From a virus (Duplodnaviria; Caudoviricetes): a DNA stretch of 36,333 bases. Location: the IMG/VR virus record IMGVR_UViG_3300014168_000010, positions 1 through 36,333 of that record; one strand, 5' to 3'. Below are positions 16,287-23,198 of this stretch, piece by piece. The translations under genes were made by a program, and so were the position numbers. The notes under the pieces are model-generated. The model did not search any database. It was not told where the DNA came from and saw only the letters and a list, made by a program, of their open reading frames with translations. Numbering within the stretch: the first letter of the stretch is position 1; every line of letters starts with the position of its first letter.

Positions 16287-16597
16287 TTTCTTCTAGGTGC
16301 ATGCAGCACGGGGAGGTACGCAGGCTCACTGCATGAAGGAGAGAACCTGCTTGTTATGCGAAAGGATGGCTGGAAACAGCGAAGGCCTTTGTAGACGCCG
16401 GATGGGAGCCCGGTCTAGAAGAAAACAAGGCATGGGTGCCCCGGGCGTCGCCGAAAGGCTCGTCTGAGAGGGTAAACGGATTACCGGCCCATACCATTGC
16501 TACGGGATTATACGTAAATCCTGGAGCACCATCATCCGTGACGATGCCCCAGGCGACAGTTGAGAGAAATGAGGCGGTAACCTCATTAATAGTTTCT
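16287..16597 (+). ncRNA. Candidate structured non-coding RNA(s), family unassigned
   Basis: 10-bp closing helix 16287-16296/16415-16424, nested helices, two GAAA tetraloops, a pseudoknot pairing and repeated TGAGAG. Strand inferred from GNRA loops and G-U pairs. Confidence 0.6.
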
Positions 16598-16645
16598 ATG
16601 TAATTTATCTGAGTGTCAAATCTTGCGCTTCTTACGCTTCAAATC

Positions 16646-17182
16646 TTAAAGCTGACTTCCGTAAGTCAACTCATACCAGCATATTTCAATCGCAACCGGC
16701 ACTGTTCCGGTTGATTCAGTTACGCTGATCATCATGGCATTACCAGGATCAATCACCTGAACAACAGTCGAAACCTGTGTGCTGCTTGCATTTGCTGCCG
16801 CAAGGTCTGCCAAGAACGTCCCGCTCGAGGACACAGAGGGCGCCTGATACGCCTTTACGACGCTTGAGATTGCTGCTGAATTCATGCGCAAATTGTTAAT
16901 CCCAAGGGCTGAGCCATTGGCCGTAACGGTTGGATTTTGATAAAACCGAAACGTAGCATACGCGGCCGTATTGGTCGCGACCGACATTTTCTTTATGTAA
17001 ATAAAAATGCTTTTCCCACTCGAGGCAGGATTTGAAATTAAAAAGTATGGAGTCTCGGATGTGGACCCAATCGATCCAAGCTGTGTTCCGGAGATGAAGC
17101 AGTTTCCAAGATAGGCCTGTCTACCGTTCAAATCTAGGATTGAGTTATCAGGCGTTTGATGGCTATTAACTGGTAAACTCAT
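16646..17182 (-). CDS. Beta-rich putative virion-associated protein (178 aa)
   Basis: AGGAG RBS; S/T/A-rich; last gene of the virion block. Confidence 0.7.
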   Translation of the reverse strand: MSLPVNSHQTPDNSILDLNGRQAYLGNCFISGTQLGSIGSTSETPYFLISNPASSGKSIFIYIKKMSVATNTAAYATFRFYQNPTVTANGSALGINNLRMNSAAISSVVKAYQAPSVSSSGTFLADLAAANASSTQVSTVVQVIDPGNAMMISVTESTGTVPVAIEICWYELTYGSQL

Positions 17183-17220
17183 TTTTATCTCCTATGATCC
17201 ATTATAAGATGCCAATACAT

Positions 17221-17409
17221 CTAGCGCCTAATAATCTCTATCAATACCGCAAAGCTTCCGCCGACAATTGCAGAAATAACCACGTTGGCCCCGTAAATTT
17301 TCCAGCGCCAAGATAGCAACTGCTTAACATCGCTCTTTAACTCGCCGATTTCTTTTGCCATCCATCGGCCCTGCTCAATCAAGATGCCTATTTGTTTTTG
17401 ATCGTCCAT
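17221..17409 (-). CDS. Small coiled-coil protein with a C-terminal transmembrane helix (holin/XhlA-like architecture)
   Basis: EIGELKSDVKQLL followed by IYGANVVISAIVGGSFAVLIEII. Confidence 0.6.
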   Translation of the reverse strand: MDDQKQIGILIEQGRWMAKEIGELKSDVKQLLSWRWKIYGANVVISAIVGGSFAVLIEIIRR

Positions 17410-17411
17410 GA

Positions 17412-17672
17412 TCAAGCCTCGTTAATATCCTGCGCACCAAAAGGAACCATTTCCATCGGCATCCACAAATGTTCAGTCTTGTGAATTTTCCCGACGACAA
17501 TTGATCCTTTTGGCATCGTCATTTCACGCATATAAATTCCTGGCGCGAAGTAATGTTTCGGCTCGATGTGAAGCTTTTGGTCTTCCGGAAGTTCCTTCAT
17601 AACGGATTCGAGCTGTACGATTCTTCCGCGTATTTCCGTTTGGTTTTTTTGTTCTTTGATTGCATTATTCAT
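17412..17672 (-). CDS. Cupin-like phage protein, apparently truncated
   Basis: HYFAPGIYMREMTMPKGSIVVGKIHKTEH matches the first half of a phage cupin family; the ORF ends 18 residues later. Confidence 0.55.
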   Translation of the reverse strand: MNNAIKEQKNQTEIRGRIVQLESVMKELPEDQKLHIEPKHYFAPGIYMREMTMPKGSIVVGKIHKTEHLWMPMEMVPFGAQDINEA

Positions 17673-17673
17673 T

Positions 17674-20166
17674 TTAATTGCTCACCTGTGTGATCGTAAT
17701 CATTGACGTCGATGACGTGGAATTTGCGCCACCATCTGTTTGAGCCCAGACAACATCACTAACGTTCAGTAGTCCTGTCCAAGTAACAGAGCCGGTATAT
17801 CCGCCAGAGGCTGACCCCGTTGTAGTTACTTGACGTTGACCTTGTGCGTATGTAATTGGGACAGCAGTGGTTGGAACGGTTCCGTTCACTACAATCGCGA
17901 TCTGAGATCCGCCAGCGCCAGAGTCAGTGTCGCTATAGGTAATGGAATAAATACCCTGCGTATTAATTGTCCACGATCCTCCAAGAGTTGCTGAGTCCGC
18001 GTAGGTGTAACAACTGCCAGACGCAACACGAGAATTAGTCCAGCGCCGAACTTTAGTGTTTGTCGATCCGTAGCCATTGCCAGAATCGTATGTGGATTGG
18101 CAGCGTGGCTGTGCAGCTGCACCGTTTCCGCTTGCGAGCGTCAGAGCAATGTAAGCTTGATACGGAGACGGTCCGCCGTTAAAAGACGCGGACGTGCTCG
18201 GTCGAATGTCAATGTAATCTCCGGCGTTCAGTGTAATCGAAAACGGCATTGGAACGAAAGAAACGCCCGAATTGTACTCGCCGACGTAGGAATAAAGCGA
18301 TCCGTTTTTGTACAAGTTAAGATTTCCAGCCGTTCCGCTGGAATAGTTCATTAAAAATAGTCCGTTATAAACTCCAGTTACAGGTGCCGTTGCCTTCCAT
18401 GCGCCTGCACCTGTGGTGACGATACAAGTCCCGCCCAAACAGCCAGAGTCATCAATTTTTGTGTCAAAATTGATTTGCGTGTTCGCGCCAGGCGATCCGC
18501 TGCTTGACATGTAGTAATGCGCATAAACCGCGCCCTGACTTCCTCCGATTGTGTTCGATGACCAGCCGACGATTGGGACACGAGCGAAGAAAGAAATCGC
18601 CACACCGTTATTGACCACGTTACCAGTGCTTGCGGTTAGTCCGTTAGCCGACGAAGTCTGCGTGCTGAAATTAAGATAATTATTTCCGCCCTCTGCAATT
18701 ATCTCGGTGCTGAAATAAGTGCTTGAAGACGTGCCCTGAACTGCGTGTCCGACAAGAATATAAGACGACGATGAAAGTTTAGTTGAGTCAATCGTGAGCG
18801 TGCCGCTCACGCCGCCAAAACAAGTCTGCATCTGTGCGGTGGAAGAAGTTGATGCTGATGGCGTAAATGTTCCCATCATTTCGAGAGAGTCACCAACCCT
18901 GCGCGACCAAAAGTTCGTGCTAGAGGTGGTGAGTGCGGTAAAGCCTGGCGTACACTGTGCCCAATCCGTTGAAATCCCAATTGCAGAGATTGATTGCCAC
19001 GTTGGGAGTGCGCTTGATCCCTGATAGGTGAGCACTTGTCCAACGGTTGTGCCCGCCGCGATTTGCTGAACACTCGATGTGCTAGTAGTTCCGCCGGCCA
19101 ACAAGGAATTTGCCGTTAAAGCAAGCAGTCCCGTTCCACCATACGGAACCGTAATGTCAGAGCCATTCCATGTCCCGCTTGAGATTGTTCCTACGGAAGT
19201 TAAAGATGAACCAGTCACGTTTGAAGCGAGAGTAGAACCAGTCAAAGAGCCAGCCGGTGCAGTAATCGTCGTATTACCAGCCGCAGTCACCAAGCCCTTA
19301 CCATTCACGGTAAAGGTCGGAATCATGCTTTGAGAGCCCCAAGAGCCAGTGTTCGAGTTCACTGTTGCGAGCGTGGCTGTGGTTGAACCCGGTCCAATTG
19401 CGGTTACGTCACCAGTAAGTTGTGTAATAGCACTACCGCTACCCGATGCTTGCCAAGTAGGAAGCGCACCCGCTCCATTCGAGGTAAGAACTTGTCCTGA
19501 TGTTCCAACGCCTGAAATTTGTTGAAAGTTACCGTTAGCAACGGTTCCACCCGCAAATAACTCATAGGCAACGTTAGAGTTAAGCCCGCTTCCACCATAT
19601 ACAGGCCCAATTACAGAACCGTTCCATGTGCCGCTCGAAATGGTTCCGATCGATGTAAGTGAAGAACTCACCACATTGGAAGCAAGCGTCGTTCCAGTCA
19701 AAGATCCAGCCGGTGCGGTGATAGTCGTATTACCAGCCGCAGTCACTAAGCCCTTGCCGTTTACAGTAAAAGTAGAAATCTGACTTTGTGATCCAAACGA
19801 ACCTACGTTGCTATTTACTGTGGCAAGCGTGGCCGTTGTCGAACCAGGCCCAATAGCTGTCACGTCCCCGGTCAATTGCGTAATTGCGTTGCCAGAGCCA
19901 GTCGTCGCCCAAGATGCGGTGGTCCCATTCGTCGTGAGAAACTTACCCGAATTGCCAGTCTGAGATGGCCAGAAATTGGTGATATCAGTGTTGAGAAGGA
20001 CGCCATTGATGTTGTCCCACATCTTGGACGTATTCAGAATTTGGCTTGTGGTGCCCCCATCTGAAATCACTTCATCCGAGGACTTAACGTCTTCATTCTG
20101 AATCCAGCCTGCATAGGCGGTCAGATAAGTCAGAAGTAAAAGTGCAAAGAGGCTAAGACGCCGCAT
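17674..20166 (-). CDS. Fibre/adhesin-like protein 2 with an N-terminal signal peptide (start revised to ATG 20166)
   Basis: G/S/T-rich fibre repeats (GQVLTSNG, GTWNGS, ITQLTGDV); C-terminal beta-sandwich-like domains; N-terminus MRRLSLFALLLLTYLTAYA. Confidence 0.8.
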   Translation of the reverse strand: MRRLSLFALLLLTYLTAYAGWIQNEDVKSSDEVISDGGTTSQILNTSKMWDNINGVLLNTDITNFWPSQTGNSGKFLTTNGTTASWATTGSGNAITQLTGDVTAIGPGSTTATLATVNSNVGSFGSQSQISTFTVNGKGLVTAAGNTTITAPAGSLTGTTLASNVVSSSLTSIGTISSGTWNGSVIGPVYGGSGLNSNVAYELFAGGTVANGNFQQISGVGTSGQVLTSNGAGALPTWQASGSGSAITQLTGDVTAIGPGSTTATLATVNSNTGSWGSQSMIPTFTVNGKGLVTAAGNTTITAPAGSLTGSTLASNVTGSSLTSVGTISSGTWNGSDITVPYGGTGLLALTANSLLAGGTTSTSSVQQIAAGTTVGQVLTYQGSSALPTWQSISAIGISTDWAQCTPGFTALTTSSTNFWSRRVGDSLEMMGTFTPSASTSSTAQMQTCFGGVSGTLTIDSTKLSSSSYILVGHAVQGTSSSTYFSTEIIAEGGNNYLNFSTQTSSANGLTASTGNVVNNGVAISFFARVPIVGWSSNTIGGSQGAVYAHYYMSSSGSPGANTQINFDTKIDDSGCLGGTCIVTTGAGAWKATAPVTGVYNGLFLMNYSSGTAGNLNLYKNGSLYSYVGEYNSGVSFVPMPFSITLNAGDYIDIRPSTSASFNGGPSPYQAYIALTLASGNGAAAQPRCQSTYDSGNGYGSTNTKVRRWTNSRVASGSCYTYADSATLGGSWTINTQGIYSITYSDTDSGAGGSQIAIVVNGTVPTTAVPITYAQGQRQVTTTGSASGGYTGSVTWTGLLNVSDVVWAQTDGGANSTSSTSMITITQVSN

Positions 20167-20335
20167 AAAAGTTCGTCCCATCATAGGTACATCCAATTTG
20201 AATCACGCTTCCATCCGCACATAAAAGACCGGCAATATCAACCCACGTAAAAGCCGGGTCCATATAATCAACCGCTGGATTGATAACTTGGGTATTCACA
20301 ACCACGCCCGATTGAATCTTTGCGTATGTGTCCAT
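20153..20335 (-). CDS. Small fibre-associated or assembly protein (60 aa; start revised to ATG 20335)
   Basis: YAKIQSGVVVN...IGCTYDGTNF pattern commonly follows Gly-rich fibre genes; TAATG coupling. Confidence 0.65.
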   Translation of the reverse strand: MDTYAKIQSGVVVNTQVINPAVDYMDPAFTWVDIAGLLCADGSVIQIGCTYDGTNFYAAS

Positions 20336-22287
20336 TAGTTCCAATACTCCACAATGATTGCGCCTTGGGTTGCCGCACCACCAGTCAATGCCACAGGCGA
20401 TGTACCGGAGTTTCCTGCGCCACCGCCTCCGCCACCATAACCAGTTGCAGCAGCGCCGGATGTTCCACCAGTAGCAGGAAACCAAGCCGCTTGACCGCCA
20501 GGACCCATGGGAGAGCTACCCCCGGAGTTGGCCGGAAAACCGGCAGTACTCGACGGAACTGAATTTGACGATTGCCCCGTAACGGCGAAAGTTAGATTAG
20601 AAGTACCACCGCCCGAAACACCGGCCGCGCCGTTTGCGAAAGGACCAATTGTCCCACCTGTTCCACCAAATGCTGTGTATGTAGTTGCGCCAACAGTGAG
20701 TGTGGTATTCCCGCCATTTCCGCCCGCCGCTCCAGACGCAGTAGAGCCACCGGCGCCTATCGCGATCGTATATCCAGTAGAAGGAGAGAGCCCCGTTAAC
20801 CAGACGCTACCAAAACCGCCGGCACCACCACCTGCAGAGCTTCCGCGCGCAGCAGTACATCCACCGCCACCACCACCGCCACCAATAAGAGTAAACTTAA
20901 ATGTAGTACTCGTAGTAATTGTCGAAGGAGTCGTATAGGTAGTTCCACTGGTCAAAGTTGTGGCGCCAACCTCAATACCTAAATTAGTCCTCGCACCAGA
21001 AACAGTAGAACCATTCGTTCCGCCGTTGGCAACCGGAAGAATGCCAGTAACGCCCGTGGTGAGACCAAGGCCCGTTGCATTGGTCAGAGTTAATGAAGTC
21101 GGAGTATCAAGACTTGGACTAATGAGAGAAGGACTATTGGACAAGACAACGGAACCCGATCCCGTCGATGTGGTAGCTCCTGTGCCTCCGTTAATCACAT
21201 TCACGACGCCGGTTATTCCACTTGCCGGAGCCGCGATGCTCGATTGTGATGCAGCTGTAATCAACCCCTTGCCATTCACAGTGAACGTAGGGCTCATACT
21301 CGCAGATCCAAATGAACCCACATTTGAATTCACGGTAGACAGAGTTAAGGTCGTATTTCCAGGTCCGATCGCCGATCCATCTCCGGTCAGCTGAGTAATG
21401 TAATTACCTGATGCTGCTTTACTGTTGAATGTGTTCCAATCGGTAGAAGATAGATAACCACTGGTGGTCGCTCCAGCTTGGATAATGCTGATGTTTGGAG
21501 TTGAGCCACCTGAGCTTAAAATCGGAGTGGTTGCAGTCACGGAGCTAACAATGGATGCAGCGGTGGTTCCAACAGGATAAACGAAATAGACAAGCTGACC
21601 CTCAGCCGGGGCCGTATTGAAAGTTACAGTTGTTCCCGACAAGCTCCAGCCATAAACAGCATTATTAGAAGCGACCTGAAGCCCATCGATAGAAACAATC
21701 AAAGCGCTTTGAGAAACTGGAGTATGGCTTGTGGTAAACGTAACATTCGAACCATTAGAAACGCCCGTTACAGGGCTTTCTGCATACCAAGTAATGCCGT
21801 TACTCGAAATCGAAGTAATCCGGCCATCAGCACCGACCGTCAGAAGAGGGGAAAGATATGTGCCAGCCGTTACGCCAGTGTTGGAAAGAGTCGCAGTAGT
21901 TGAGCCGGGCCCAATTGCCATTACCGCGCCAGTTAGCTGAGTAATCGCTCCGGTTCCTGGATTTGCTTTGAAGCTCGGATCAACGCCAGGGCCATTATCT
22001 GTGAGCACATCGCCAGATGCGACCGGACAGACCAAGTGCACATTGGCAGTAGATTCGCCAACTACTACGCAGTTTGAACCAAGATTCGCAAGCCCAGTGC
22101 CACCACCAGCAACAGAGTCAACACCCAGGGAGACAGTGACTCCGCTATGCGTTCCGGTGAAGTTCGGGAAGTCGTAGAAAAAGGTCGTGACATTATTGGT
22201 GTCAGTAGACAGCTTAGACGTAGTCGGGGGAAGCCCCGCCTGCGCTATCGCAGTCAAAAGAAGAAGTAAACCAAGCCATTTCTTCAT
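20335..22287 (-). CDS. Fibre/adhesin-like protein 1 with an N-terminal signal peptide and Gly-rich tip
   Basis: MKKWLGLLLLLTAIAQA; GYLSSTDWNTFNSK and LPVANGGT shaft motifs; IGGGGGGG...GAIIVEY C-terminal domain. Confidence 0.85.
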   Translation of the reverse strand: MKKWLGLLLLLTAIAQAGLPPTTSKLSTDTNNVTTFFYDFPNFTGTHSGVTVSLGVDSVAGGGTGLANLGSNCVVVGESTANVHLVCPVASGDVLTDNGPGVDPSFKANPGTGAITQLTGAVMAIGPGSTTATLSNTGVTAGTYLSPLLTVGADGRITSISSNGITWYAESPVTGVSNGSNVTFTTSHTPVSQSALIVSIDGLQVASNNAVYGWSLSGTTVTFNTAPAEGQLVYFVYPVGTTAASIVSSVTATTPILSSGGSTPNISIIQAGATTSGYLSSTDWNTFNSKAASGNYITQLTGDGSAIGPGNTTLTLSTVNSNVGSFGSASMSPTFTVNGKGLITAASQSSIAAPASGITGVVNVINGGTGATTSTGSGSVVLSNSPSLISPSLDTPTSLTLTNATGLGLTTGVTGILPVANGGTNGSTVSGARTNLGIEVGATTLTSGTTYTTPSTITTSTTFKFTLIGGGGGGGGCTAARGSSAGGGAGGFGSVWLTGLSPSTGYTIAIGAGGSTASGAAGGNGGNTTLTVGATTYTAFGGTGGTIGPFANGAAGVSGGGTSNLTFAVTGQSSNSVPSSTAGFPANSGGSSPMGPGGQAAWFPATGGTSGAAATGYGGGGGGAGNSGTSPVALTGGAATQGAIIVEYWN

Positions 22288-22745
22288 GAGCTAAGCACCC
22301 ATTGAATCGTATACATTTGAGTCCCACTATTTGGACAAATCGAAAGATTATGGCTCATCGGCATGAATCCGGTGTCTCTACCTGGTTCCATCTTCATCCC
22401 GTTTGTCGCGCTAGCCGTAGAATTCGAATCACACCAGCGCATGAAATCAGTATTTGAAGAATCGGCCTCAAGCAAGAAGCCAACCGCATTGGCGGGCTTA
22501 GTGATGGTGGTGGCAGAAGAAATTGAGCCCTGAGAAAAGCTGCCATTGAGATTGACCGGCGCACTACCGCCCGACGTATCAACCAGTAGGGCACCAGAGG
22601 CATCCGTCTGCAGAGGCTGAAGATTTCCGCTTGGATTTTCACCCGCAACGAGTGTGGCATCCGCTGGAATTGGACTCCCATTAGGGCCAACGCTCGCATT
22701 TGAACCGCCAATTACGCCCGGATATGATGCAAAAAAGTTTGGCAT
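22284..22745 (-). CDS. Putative virion protein (153 aa)
   Basis: Packed in the tail block; beta-rich. Confidence 0.7.
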   Translation of the reverse strand: MPNFFASYPGVIGGSNASVGPNGSPIPADATLVAGENPSGNLQPLQTDASGALLVDTSGGSAPVNLNGSFSQGSISSATTITKPANAVGFLLEADSSNTDFMRWCDSNSTASATNGMKMEPGRDTGFMPMSHNLSICPNSGTQMYTIQWVLSS

Positions 22746-23138
22746 TTAGGTTACCTTCGCCTCTAGAAGCGCCTGCAAAGTCCCGGTTCCAGATGTGAAA
22801 GTGTAGATCGGTCGGACCGCATAGCCACCAAGAGAATCCACATCAATAAATCCGTTCCCCGTGTTTCCAGATAATGGAACAGCCGTCACCGAGCTCCCGT
22901 TATAGACTACTGGGATAGTGTTCCATATTCCAGCATTCAAAACGCCGCCTACCGCGTTTTCCGCGTAATCATTTGAAACTTGAATGGAAACTGTGCCAAC
23001 AGGAGATGTGCCGGACCAAGTGAAGGCATAACTAAACATTGGAATTCTTAAGATAATACTTGGAAGGCCCACGATGTTTCCGGACATATTTCCGTTCACA
23101 ATCGAGCCGTACTGTTTGATTAAAGGCCTTTCACTCAT
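22746..23138 (-). CDS. Putative virion protein (130 aa)
   Basis: AAGGGG RBS; GTVSIQVSND-type beta-sandwich pattern. Confidence 0.7.
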   Translation of the reverse strand: MSERPLIKQYGSIVNGNMSGNIVGLPSIILRIPMFSYAFTWSGTSPVGTVSIQVSNDYAENAVGGVLNAGIWNTIPVVYNGSSVTAVPLSGNTGNGFIDVDSLGGYAVRPIYTFTSGTGTLQALLEAKVT

Positions 23139-23184
23139 TTTAACCCCTTATCGGTTCAGGCTCATGGCCCTAGTGTTCAATACT

Positions 23185-23198
23185 GTCTAGTTCGGTGC
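23185..23198 (-). promoter_or_regulatory. Putative late promoter motif, copy 3 (GCACCGAACTAGAC)
   Basis: Same consensus and spacing; heads the fibre block. Confidence 0.6.

Noticed and set aside
16430-16531. TPP riboswitch (GGGTGC...CTGAGA...CCC)
   Set aside because: The pyrophosphate-binding half (ACCTGAT...GCGNAGGGA) is absent and no gene follows on that strand.
16544-16559. GCCCCAGGCGAC as a sixth copy of the late motif
   Set aside because: The spacing is 2 bp shorter and it lies on the opposite strand.
16287-16597. Hammerhead ribozyme, tmRNA or canonical tRNA
   Set aside because: There is no CTGANGA..GAAA core in the right arrangement, no GGGGC 5' end or TTCRA T-loop, and no standard cloverleaf.
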